NCBI GenBank assembly: GCA_048886685.1
Contig: JBHLKM010000009.1
Span: forward strand, 32,001 to 96,000
Direction of reading: 5' to 3'
Source: Candidatus Hodarchaeota archaeon
GTDB lineage: Archaea > Asgardarchaeota > Lokiarchaeia > Sigyniarchaeales > SOKP01
Length of the DNA: 64,000 bases
Below are positions 18,438 through 27,974 of the stretch, piece by piece. Made by a program: the position numbers and the translations under genes. The notes below the pieces were generated by a model that had not been told where the DNA came from, searched no databases, and was given only the letters and a program-made list of their open reading frames with translations. The stretch's first letter is position 1. Each line of letters opens with the position of its first letter.

Positions 18438-20369
18438 ATGGTCGTAGAGGAAGTAAAATATTTGTTTCAACCAATAACGATTGGAGATGTGGAAATAAGT
18501 AATAGAATAATGATGGCTCCTATGAACACAAGGTTCGGCTACGACGGATATGTGACCGACCAATTAGTCGATTACTATGTAGAAAGGGCTAAAGGAGGTG
18601 TTGGTTTTATTTGTGTAGAGATGGGTATCATAGATTACCCTATAGGAAGTACAGCAGGTAAAGGTATGATAGCAACTGATGATGATAAATATAGTCCAGG
18701 TTTGAAAAAATTAGCGGATGCTATTCATAAAAACGGATCTGTTCCGATGATAGAATTATCACATGGAGGGAGATATTGTCATTCAGGTCTTACTGGTTTG
18801 CAGCCTGTAGCGCCATCTCCCATTCCTGGTTATCGAGGGAGAGGTGAAATGCCAAGAGAATTAACGACAGAGGAAGTTGAAGAATTGGTTGAAAAATTCG
18901 GTGATTCGGCAGTAAGAAGTGCCGAAGCAGGATATAAGGGAGTATTGCTAATGGGATCAACTGGATATTTAATAAGTCAATTTGGATCACCTCTTACTAA
19001 CAAGCGTACTGACAGATTTGGTGGGAACACTCCCGCAGAACGGGCGACGTTTATTGTTGAAATTATTAAAAATATCAGAAAAAAACTTGGTCCCAAATTC
19101 CCTGTAATTTATAAAATTAGTGCTGAAGAATACATAGATGGGGGTACTGTTCTTGAGGATTCTCAAATTATGGCAAAACGGGCGGAATCAGCAGGAGTTT
19201 CTGTGATACACACATGGGCAGGATGGCACGAATCACCAAAACCAATGTTACCTATGTCAGTTCCTAGGGGAGCATTTGTGTATTTAGCAGAAGCGATGAA
19301 AAAAATAATAGATGTTCCTGTTATGACAGGAGGAAGAATCAATGACCCTCGATTTGCTAGTGATATTATAAGAGACGGAAGAGCAGATTTGGTGCACTTT
19401 GGAAGGTCATTTTTAGCTGATCCATATTTCCCAAGAAAAGCTATGAAAGGCGAATTTGAAGATATCAATATGTGTATAGCTTGTTGTCGTTGTTTTGATG
19501 CGATGGCTAGTCCAGGAACTGTTGTATGTTCTGTAAACGCAGAATTGGGCAAGGAAGGTAAAAAATTAGAGAAAGTAGAAAAATCTAAAAAGATCCTAAT
19601 TATTGGTGGCGGTCCAGCTGGGATGGAAGCCGCGAGGGTAGCAACACTAAGAGGTCACAGAGCGACTATATGGGAGAAAAAGGATCAGCTAGGAGGCAAT
19701 TTAATAACGGCTTCCTTAGCCCCTCATAAGGAGGAGACCAATTGTTTAACACATTATTTAACAAATCAGATGAAAAAATTAAAAGTTAATATTCAGCTTA
19801 ATAATGAAGCAACGGTGGATTCTATTTTGAAGGAAAATGCTGATGAGGTTATTGTGGCTACTGGTGCGAAAGCAATAACTCCAGATATACCCGGTATAAA
19901 CGCAAAAAATGTTGTATTGGCACTTGATGTGTTAAAGGGAAAGTCAAGCACAGGTGATAATGTGGCAATAATAGGAGGCGGAATGATTGGTTGCGAGACA
20001 GCTGAGTTCCTAAAGTCTAGAGGAAAGGATGTTTCAATTATTGAAATGTTGCCAAAAATTGCACGAGATATTGGTCCAGCAACGAAATGGTCAGTCACCA
20101 TGAGAATAGCCAGATGGGGCATTAAACAGTACACCTCTTCAAAAGTCATTAGAGTCATAGAAGAAGGTGTTGAGATTGAAAGAGAAGGAAAATCCGAAGT
20201 GATCAAAGCAGACACAATCGTCATTGCGGCTGGTATGGAACCTAATAATAGTTTAAGTAATAAGTTGAAAGAGAGCCTCCCAGATATACATATAATAGGA
20301 GATTGCTCACATGCTAGAAGAATGTTAGAAGCTATTCATGAGGGATATGCTGTAGGTCAAAAGCTTTAA
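18438..20369 (+). CDS. fadH: NADPH-dependent 2,4-dienoyl-CoA reductase-like flavoenzyme (OYE + FAD + 4Fe-4S)
   Basis: NRIMMAPM, MGSTGYLISQF, GWHES, CIACCRC, GGGPAGMEAA. The MGSxGYLI and GWHE motifs are FadH-type. Confidence 0.75.
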   Translation: MVVEEVKYLFQPITIGDVEISNRIMMAPMNTRFGYDGYVTDQLVDYYVERAKGGVGFICVEMGIIDYPIGSTAGKGMIATDDDKYSPGLKKLADAIHKNGSVPMIELSHGGRYCHSGLTGLQPVAPSPIPGYRGRGEMPRELTTEEVEELVEKFGDSAVRSAEAGYKGVLLMGSTGYLISQFGSPLTNKRTDRFGGNTPAERATFIVEIIKNIRKKLGPKFPVIYKISAEEYIDGGTVLEDSQIMAKRAESAGVSVIHTWAGWHESPKPMLPMSVPRGAFVYLAEAMKKIIDVPVMTGGRINDPRFASDIIRDGRADLVHFGRSFLADPYFPRKAMKGEFEDINMCIACCRCFDAMASPGTVVCSVNAELGKEGKKLEKVEKSKKILIIGGGPAGMEAARVATLRGHRATIWEKKDQLGGNLITASLAPHKEETNCLTHYLTNQMKKLKVNIQLNNEATVDSILKENADEVIVATGAKAITPDIPGINAKNVVLALDVLKGKSSTGDNVAIIGGGMIGCETAEFLKSRGKDVSIIEMLPKIARDIGPATKWSVTMRIARWGIKQYTSSKVIRVIEEGVEIEREGKSEVIKADTIVIAAGMEPNNSLSNKLKESLPDIHIIGDCSHARRMLEAIHEGYAVGQKL

Positions 20370-20513
20370 CATATTTTAATAATATTTATAATAACTCTTT
20401 ATTTTCATCTTGTTTCTTTAATTAACATTAAATATCTTATTTATTTCAAGTTCGCTCAAATTTTCTAAAATAAAAAGTATTTAAATTTATTAAATAATTT
20501 TAAAAGATAATTA

Positions 20514-21104
20514 TTGAATAGAACAAAAAAATATTGGGTTTATTATATGGAGACTGAGAAGGAAACTGATATTGATAGAAAAGGTCACGTTAAAATAGAT
20601 TGGGGACGACAAGGAGGTGTTATACTAGGTTATATAGTGATACTTTTAGGTTACTATGGGCTTATCGCTAATTTAACGATGTTTGATCAATATGGCAATT
20701 GGCTTTCATATGAGGATCTACCACGCTATTCTATCTATGAGACGATTGGCAGTGAACTCATTTTCTTTCCTGGAAGGGACATGTTTTTCTGGACATATAT
20801 TACATATATAGATACTTTCTTCTTACCTGCATTGTTATTATTTTTTATATGCTTTCTTTTGACCTATAAAGAAGATATTCCTCATTATGGAATAAAAGCT
20901 TCACTCTGGTTAGTACCCTTACTCATTGCGGAGGGATTCATCTTTTATGCACTTATGTTCGGAATTACTAGCGAACCTATTATTTTAAAATTTGCACGCA
21001 TAGAAGGGTATTTAGATATTCTAATCTTATTTGGATTAGCTATTTCTGGGGCGTTGAGTGGTATGAAAGTAAAACAATTCATTGTAGCGAGAAAAACTGT
21101 ATGA
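20514..21104 (+). CDS. Hypothetical membrane protein (~4 TM); likely start is the ATG at 20547
   Basis: Four hydrophobic segments, no recognisable motif. Confidence 0.75.
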   Translation: MNRTKKYWVYYMETEKETDIDRKGHVKIDWGRQGGVILGYIVILLGYYGLIANLTMFDQYGNWLSYEDLPRYSIYETIGSELIFFPGRDMFFWTYITYIDTFFLPALLLFFICFLLTYKEDIPHYGIKASLWLVPLLIAEGFIFYALMFGITSEPIILKFARIEGYLDILILFGLAISGALSGMKVKQFIVARKTV

Positions 21105-21291
21105 ATTTTTCTTTTTCTAATTTTAAAAACATTATATTAGGAAGTTGCCCTATTTAACAAGGAAGGAGTCAATAAAACATAAATTTAAATTGATTATCTA
21201 AGTTATTTATATAACTAAGCAGGTATTAGAATTGTTTTATTGAATTTATCTGTGTTTCAATTAATTTTTATAATGTGAGTAAGCATTAATA

Positions 21292-24144
21292 ATGGAAGTT
21301 TTTTTAAAAAGAGCAGAAAGGGCATATAAAGAAAAGCTAGGGGAAACTAAAGCAGTTTCCATTTTGGGCAATATAAAAAAAGCAGTTAATGAAATCCCAG
21401 CTAAATTTAGACGTGTAATTGGCTCAGAAATCCCGAGATTTTTGTTTAATTACTCTCAAGAAATTGAATACGTTTCACCTGGAATTACTGAAAGTGTGCT
21501 AAATCACATTTTTATTTTCGCAGAAACTTTAAAAGATTTAATTAACAAAGATAGAAACCAGGTGAATCAACTTTTAAATAAGAGAAGCAATAACAAAGTA
21601 CGAAATCTTTCTGAATTGTTAAACTCACTCGTTGAGAAAGCTAAAAATGGAGGAACTATCGAAAAAAATTGTAATTTTGATGTTGTTCTTGCTTACGTGT
21701 TTGGAGAAAAAAGTGAAATTACTCAACTGAATGATATAGAATTATTTGTAAAACGTGCAGAGAAAAACCTTGCATTAAAAATTGGGGAAGAAAAGGCGCA
21801 ATCTTATTCAGAAAATATTATAAAAACATTCTCTGAAATTGATGAGAATCTAAAGGATTATATAAGTTCTGAAGTGCCTAAATACCTATTTAAATTTTCA
21901 CAAAATGTTGAGAACCTTACAGTTGAAACATTGGAGGTTATCTTGAATCATGTAATTTTGTTTAATCGGGCACTTTCTAATCTGAATGGAAAATCCAAAG
22001 AACAAATCAATCAGGAAATAATAAAACGGAGTAAGAACAAATTATTTACTTTATTAGATCTATTTATTGCATTTCTAGATGCAGTTAAGAATGGAAATTC
22101 AATTGAAACTTGTGAAAGCTTAGAAGATATTTTGATTCATGTGCTAGGGGAAGAAGAAAAACGAATTCAATTTACTGATGTTGAAGCTTTTTTAAAACGA
22201 GCGGAAAAGAAATATGCTTTAATAATTGGTCAAGATATGATTCAGATGTTAATGGAAGAATTACTAGACGCAATTGATCAAATTCCAGAACAACATAGGG
22301 AATACCTCGGATCTGATCTAGCAAAATTTCTGTTCAAATTCTCAGAAACAGCGTCATATCATGAACCTGAAAAAGTCGAGTTATTATTTAATGGAGCTAC
22401 AATGTTTGCAAATTCATTAAATGAATTAAACGATTTAAATAAAGCAGAAATTAATCAATTTATCATTAACAGGTCTAATCACAAAGTAAGAAGTTTATTT
22501 TCTTTATTTGAAGCATTTCTAGAGAAGATAAAAATACGCATGCCATTATCAATTGAACCCAATTTTGATGAAATACTTATCCACACTCTCGGTAGATATG
22601 ATGGACCTAAAATGATTGAAAAAGGGGGTTTGATTCATGATTTATTGGCAGAATATCATGAGGAAATTCCCTTAGCAAAAGAGCATTTTAGGTGGGCTAA
22701 TGCTATAACAGAAATTGTTCCTCGTTTTCTTGATATCCTTTCAGATCCAGAGGGAGATCGCATCTTAGATTTTCTTTGGGAAAATAGGTTCCCTATGGAT
22801 CAAATAAAGGAACAATATCAAGAAAAATTAGTAGAGATTCCAAGAGAAAAAGAAAAAACATTTATGTTCCGTTTATTGACAATGTTGACTAATCAAATTT
22901 TAATTGATCCGGAAAAAGATAAAAAATTGACAGCAGCTATAGCGTTTAGGGTTCTTGGAACTATCTTTATTGAGATGTTTGGAGGTAGGAATGCACAAAT
23001 CAGAGGTATTAGACTTAATCAACTATTGAAAGATCGTAAGGTTGCGAATGTTGAGAAAAAGCAAAACATTGATGATCACATTAACCGTATTCTTGAAGAA
23101 GATCTAAAAGCGATTCAACAAAGAACTATGACTATTAATACAATCGGTCCAGTTTTGAGTAAAAAAGGTTATTTCATTAAAACATATGACATTATTACAA
23201 AAGATTTTCCTGAAATAATAGTCAAAATAATTTCATATCGAGAGGAAGAACGCTTAAAAGACATCGGCACTGAGTATAAGAAATCAGGTATTACAGGGGA
23301 TCTTATTCCGCTCGTAAACTTTTTTCTTCAAAACCTTGATTTGGCAAGTAGATTTTATAAAAAATATTTCGAAGAGATGTATCAAATTGCTTATGATGCC
23401 CAGCAGAACATGCTAACTATTAGAAAATTCTTTAAATTATTGGTAGATCTAAGAGAAAATATTGATACTATAGAATTTTATGGTAATCAAGTTGCTAATA
23501 CAGAACATTCGATATACATCTTGTTGCTAAAATATTTATACACTCCCTTACCAGAAGTATTTGAAACTACAAGAACTATTCTTGATGAGCAAGAATACCA
23601 AAAGAAAATCATGAAACTTGACAAATATCTAAGCAACCAGAACCTAGAACAACTTCAGGTTGAAATCAGAAATACTGAAAATAAAATTCAAGAATATAAA
23701 GAGTATGAGGATTTTGATGCTTCTCAAAAAATCTCGAATTTAACAAAATTTCTTAATAGAGATAAAAATGAAATAAAGTTTTACGAGATTATGTTTCATC
23801 TTAGAGATGAATCAGAAAAAATCCATAAAATTTTAGAATCAAGAGTAGCATTTTCTAAGACACTTTTAAAGTATTCAAATTCTTTGAAAAAAGTACATTC
23901 TAGTCTTCCAGCTGCATTATCTGAAAATTTAGAAAATTTAAATGAATTTAACCAAGAAATTGATAAAATTCTTAATCAAATAAAAGAGAAAAGTTCTTCT
24001 GGTATTCTCTCACCTTTTGAATTTAAAGAAAAAAATGATGCTGCTGAAACATTGAAAAAAGAATTACAGAATTTATGTTCGAATGATGAGTTCACTAATC
24101 ATATCAAGGATCTAACAGCAATGTCAGAAGTAACGATTACTTAA
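21292..24144 (+). CDS. Large alpha-helical hypothetical protein with three 148-aa N-terminal repeats and a C-terminal coiled coil
   Basis: 950-codon ORF. Repeats start with xExF(L/V)KRAE at 21292, 21736 and 22180. Confidence 0.85.
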   Translation: MEVFLKRAERAYKEKLGETKAVSILGNIKKAVNEIPAKFRRVIGSEIPRFLFNYSQEIEYVSPGITESVLNHIFIFAETLKDLINKDRNQVNQLLNKRSNNKVRNLSELLNSLVEKAKNGGTIEKNCNFDVVLAYVFGEKSEITQLNDIELFVKRAEKNLALKIGEEKAQSYSENIIKTFSEIDENLKDYISSEVPKYLFKFSQNVENLTVETLEVILNHVILFNRALSNLNGKSKEQINQEIIKRSKNKLFTLLDLFIAFLDAVKNGNSIETCESLEDILIHVLGEEEKRIQFTDVEAFLKRAEKKYALIIGQDMIQMLMEELLDAIDQIPEQHREYLGSDLAKFLFKFSETASYHEPEKVELLFNGATMFANSLNELNDLNKAEINQFIINRSNHKVRSLFSLFEAFLEKIKIRMPLSIEPNFDEILIHTLGRYDGPKMIEKGGLIHDLLAEYHEEIPLAKEHFRWANAITEIVPRFLDILSDPEGDRILDFLWENRFPMDQIKEQYQEKLVEIPREKEKTFMFRLLTMLTNQILIDPEKDKKLTAAIAFRVLGTIFIEMFGGRNAQIRGIRLNQLLKDRKVANVEKKQNIDDHINRILEEDLKAIQQRTMTINTIGPVLSKKGYFIKTYDIITKDFPEIIVKIISYREEERLKDIGTEYKKSGITGDLIPLVNFFLQNLDLASRFYKKYFEEMYQIAYDAQQNMLTIRKFFKLLVDLRENIDTIEFYGNQVANTEHSIYILLLKYLYTPLPEVFETTRTILDEQEYQKKIMKLDKYLSNQNLEQLQVEIRNTENKIQEYKEYEDFDASQKISNLTKFLNRDKNEIKFYEIMFHLRDESEKIHKILESRVAFSKTLLKYSNSLKKVHSSLPAALSENLENLNEFNQEIDKILNQIKEKSSSGILSPFEFKEKNDAAETLKKELQNLCSNDEFTNHIKDLTAMSEVTIT

Positions 24145-24180
24145 AAGAAAGAAATAATTTTACCTTGCTTTTCTTTAATT

Positions 24181-25401
24181 TTAAAAATTTTTAATACGAT
24201 TAGTACGTAATTGCTTTAGAAGTTGAGGAACAACTTCAAAAATATCACCTACTATCCCAAAATCAGCAATTTTAAAAATTGATGCCTCAGGATCGGTATT
24301 TATTGCAATAATTACATCACTTGTTTGCATGCCTATTAAATGTTGTATAGCGCCGCTAATTCCAAGCGCAACATATAATTTTGGACTTACTGTTTTCCCC
24401 GATTGACCAACTTGTATAGGATGAGAAGTCCAACCGAGTTCTACTAATGCGCGAGAACTTGACATTATTCCTTTTATTTCTCGTGCCAATTCTCTAACTA
24501 GTTTAAGATTTTCTTTATTACCAATTCCCCTTCCAGCAGAAACTAGAATTTCCGCTTCTTCAATGCTTATTGTATCAATTTCGAAAATTTTTTCTTCAAT
24601 AATCTTTGTTCTAATGGTTTGTTTTTCAATTTTAACTTCAAATTTATAAAACTCCCCTTTTCTAGAACTATCTTTAATTGGTATTGGAAAATTATTAGGT
24701 CGTACGGTTGCCATTTGAGGTCGTGTAAATGGAGATATAATTGAAGCCATAATATTTCCTCCAAATGCAGGACGGATTTGAACTAACTGTTTTTTTTCAT
24801 TTATTTCAAATCCTGTACAATCTGCTGTTAACCCAAGCCCTAATCGTGCTGCAATTCGAGGTGCTAAATCGCGTCCATTAATTGTAGCACCATAGAGAAA
24901 AATAGATGGTTTCTGATTAATAATTAAAGTTGTAATAGTGGTTGCATAACCATCTGTTGTATAATTTTCAAGTAGATTATGCTCACATAAATATACATTA
25001 TCCGCTCCACAATGGTATAATTCATCAATTGGTGGGATTTTTCCCGGAGATCCGAGAATAACTACAGATATTGTTTCATTAAGTATTTTATTTAATTCTT
25101 GAGCCTTTCCTAAGAGTTCAAATACCACATTTTTTATTTTTAGATTCTCTTCGTTACCTCGTTTCTCCAATTCACCCCAAATCATAATTCCTTCATATTC
25201 CTCTAATTCTTCTCTGGAAAGCGTTTTACGTTTGATAATGAGAGCATCATATTTGCAGACATTTACACAGGTTCCACAAAGAGTACAATTATCTAAGACT
25301 TTAGCTTTTTTTTCATCTGAATCAACAATTATTGCACCATACGGGCATACATTTTCGCAAACTTTACAGCCAATGCAATTATCGTCATTAATCTTTAACA
25401 T
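24181..25401 (-). CDS. etfA: Electron transfer flavoprotein alpha subunit with N-terminal 2x[4Fe-4S] ferredoxin domain
   Basis: CIGCKVCENVCP / CTLCGTCVNVC, GRDLAPRIAA, TADCT, RPAFGG, QVGQSGKTV, GISGAIQH. Confidence 0.93.
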   Translation of the reverse strand: MLKINDDNCIGCKVCENVCPYGAIIVDSDEKKAKVLDNCTLCGTCVNVCKYDALIIKRKTLSREELEEYEGIMIWGELEKRGNEENLKIKNVVFELLGKAQELNKILNETISVVILGSPGKIPPIDELYHCGADNVYLCEHNLLENYTTDGYATTITTLIINQKPSIFLYGATINGRDLAPRIAARLGLGLTADCTGFEINEKKQLVQIRPAFGGNIMASIISPFTRPQMATVRPNNFPIPIKDSSRKGEFYKFEVKIEKQTIRTKIIEEKIFEIDTISIEEAEILVSAGRGIGNKENLKLVRELAREIKGIMSSSRALVELGWTSHPIQVGQSGKTVSPKLYVALGISGAIQHLIGMQTSDVIIAINTDPEASIFKIADFGIVGDIFEVVPQLLKQLRTNRIKNF

Positions 25402-25407
25402 ATTAAA

Positions 25408-26223
25408 TTAATCAATCTCAAATTGTAATAATTTTTTTTTTCTTAGAAATGCTAACATTGCCTCAGCAGCTTTTGCTGGATCACTACCATCAATAATCTT
25501 TCCCTTTTCTTTTGGAGGTGGAGCAAAAATACTAATTACTTGTGTATAAGATCCATCTAACCCTAATTTTGCCCCTTCAACATTCAAATCTTCTGCAGTA
25601 ATAGTCTTTAGAGGCTTATTTCTTGCTTCAATTATATCTTTCATAGAGGGAAGCCTTCGAATATTAGACGGACCTTTACTGATTGAAATTAAAGCAGGCA
25701 AAGGGGATTCAATGATTTGAAAACCATTTTCAGTTTCTTTTTTAACTTTAATCTTTTTTTTTTTAATTTCCACTTCAATTCCATAAAAAATTTGAGGAAT
25801 TCCCAAATTTTCAGCTAATTCTGCAGGAACTTGTGCTGTATCTCCATCTATAGCTTGCTTTCCGCTTAATATCAAATCGAAATTAGGTACAGTTTTTAGT
25901 ATTCCTTCCTTTAAAGTTAAAGATGTTGCCCACACATCTGAACCTGCGAACTTTTTATCTGATAATAAGAAAGCTTTATCAGCACCCAATTCCAAGCATC
26001 GTAATAATGCCATTCTTGCTTGGGGAGGTCCCATTGAGATTACAATTATTTCAATATCCAAATCAGGATTATTCTCCCTTATTTTTACAGCCATATCTAA
26101 AGCATACTCACAAAATGGATTAAGAATTGATTCAACACCCTCTCTAATTAAAGTTCCATTTTCAGGATTTATCGCAACTTTATCTACTTCAGGTACTTGT
26201 TTAATTGTAACAACGATTTTCAT
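25408..26223 (-). CDS. etfB: Electron transfer flavoprotein beta subunit
   Basis: MKIVVTIKQVP, SMGPPQA, FAGSDVWAT, GKQAIDGDTAQV. Confidence 0.93.
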   Translation of the reverse strand: MKIVVTIKQVPEVDKVAINPENGTLIREGVESILNPFCEYALDMAVKIRENNPDLDIEIIVISMGPPQARMALLRCLELGADKAFLLSDKKFAGSDVWATSLTLKEGILKTVPNFDLILSGKQAIDGDTAQVPAELAENLGIPQIFYGIEVEIKKKKIKVKKETENGFQIIESPLPALISISKGPSNIRRLPSMKDIIEARNKPLKTITAEDLNVEGAKLGLDGSYTQVISIFAPPPKEKGKIIDGSDPAKAAEAMLAFLRKKKLLQFEID

Positions 26224-26226
26224 CTC

Positions 26227-27870
26227 TTATTCCTCCATAATTTCAAAAATGTTTCCACAATTAAACATTAATAAAGGATCGAGAGCTTTTTTAATGGATC
26301 GCATATCTTCAATAGCTTTCTCATTATACATAATTTTTAAAATATCCCTTTTTATTTTTCCAATTCCATGTTCAGCAGAAACTGATCCACCGTAATCTAC
26401 TGCCTTTCTTGCAAATTTCTCATAAATCTCTAAGCCTAGTTCTAATTCTTCTATATTTTTTGGTAGGATATTAACATGAACGTGATTATCACCTATATGT
26501 CCAAAAATCACATAATCTAATGTAGCTTCTCGCAAAATAGAGTGATAGTATTTCATCATCTCAGCGAATTTTTCTTCTGGAACACTTATATCCGTTCCTA
26601 ATTTGTGTAAATCCGGAAATTTTCTTTTACGATCCGCAATAATTGAATTTATAGTTTCAGGTAATATATGTCTAAAATGTTTGAATCTTGCAGATTCTCT
26701 GTTATCATAACCTGACCAACTTGCTTCTAAGGTTGTATTGCATTGTTTGGCTATTTTTTCAATTTTTCCAAAACAAGCAACTATATTATCTTCAGAATAA
26801 GGGAGATCAAAAAATATTGCTGATCTTGCTTTAGAAGGGATTTTTGGCATATTTATTATTGAAGGCGTTTTATCCTGAACATCTCTGAGAAGATCGATAG
26901 CTTCACCTGAAAAAAATTCTATGAATTCGGGATTAATCATTGGATTATTACAGATTTTTTTTACAAAACTAAGAGCATCATTTTCCCGATTAAAGAATAA
27001 AACATTAGAAATTAAAGGGTGTTTTTCTTTAATCCATACTTCAACCTCTGTAATAACACCAAAAATTCCTTCACTTCCAATAAATAAATCAATAAGATCC
27101 ATATTAGGTTTGGCATAAATCCCAGCTGCATTCTTCACACTAGTATTAAATTCATAATTCGGGATTTTAAATATTATTTCAGTTCCGTCTGTTCGTTTTA
27201 TTATGAATTTGCCATCATTTGCTGCAAAGTATTTACCCCTCGGAATTTCTAGAACTTCACCATTTACTATAACTCGAATTCTTTTAATCCATTTCCTTGT
27301 TGCACCATATTTAAACGTTCTGGCCCCCGAAGCATTCGTTGCTACTGTACCACCTATTGAAGCAGACATTTCAGTCGGATCCATAGGATAATAATAAGAT
27401 TTTTTATCTTCTTTAAATCTTGAAATAACGTTTGGAGTAAATTCTTTCACTTTATCAATTTCTTTCTTCGATATTTTATCATTAAGAACTTTTAATGTAA
27501 TACCCGGTTCGAGTCTAACGTAATATCTTCCTCTACTTTCGTCAAATCCGAATCCTAAGATTTTGTTCATTTTCTCGATTGAAATGATTGAACCAGATAT
27601 TGGAACACAAGAACCTACGATTCCCGTCCTAGCACCACTAATACATGCTTTTATATTTTTTTCTTTTAAAAAATTAATAATTGAGATTATCTCCGCTTCT
27701 GATTTTGGAAAAAATAACCATTCAGCAGTCCCTTCCAATTTGCTTTCATCAACAAGATAACTGGGATATTCAGATAAGATGACTTGAATCCCTTTAATTT
27801 TTCGAATTATATCAAAAGGAGCTTGCTCAATCCTAATAGAATTAATAGTATTAGAAGATATAATATTCAT
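26227..27870 (-). CDS. FAD-linked oxidoreductase (GlcD/D-lactate dehydrogenase LctD family)
   Basis: DPTEMSASIGGTVATNASG, IGSEGIFGVIT, GHIGDNHVH, SAEHGIG, DPLLMFNCG. Confidence 0.88.
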   Translation of the reverse strand: MNIISSNTINSIRIEQAPFDIIRKIKGIQVILSEYPSYLVDESKLEGTAEWLFFPKSEAEIISIINFLKEKNIKACISGARTGIVGSCVPISGSIISIEKMNKILGFGFDESRGRYYVRLEPGITLKVLNDKISKKEIDKVKEFTPNVISRFKEDKKSYYYPMDPTEMSASIGGTVATNASGARTFKYGATRKWIKRIRVIVNGEVLEIPRGKYFAANDGKFIIKRTDGTEIIFKIPNYEFNTSVKNAAGIYAKPNMDLIDLFIGSEGIFGVITEVEVWIKEKHPLISNVLFFNRENDALSFVKKICNNPMINPEFIEFFSGEAIDLLRDVQDKTPSIINMPKIPSKARSAIFFDLPYSEDNIVACFGKIEKIAKQCNTTLEASWSGYDNRESARFKHFRHILPETINSIIADRKRKFPDLHKLGTDISVPEEKFAEMMKYYHSILREATLDYVIFGHIGDNHVHVNILPKNIEELELGLEIYEKFARKAVDYGGSVSAEHGIGKIKRDILKIMYNEKAIEDMRSIKKALDPLLMFNCGNIFEIMEE

Positions 27871-27974
27871 CCTTATATTATCTTATTTATTCTGATTAAA
27901 GAAAAAGTCTTCTTTAAAATAAAATCATTTTACCAAGCGGTTATAAAAATGGATAACAAAATGGATTTGAACTG

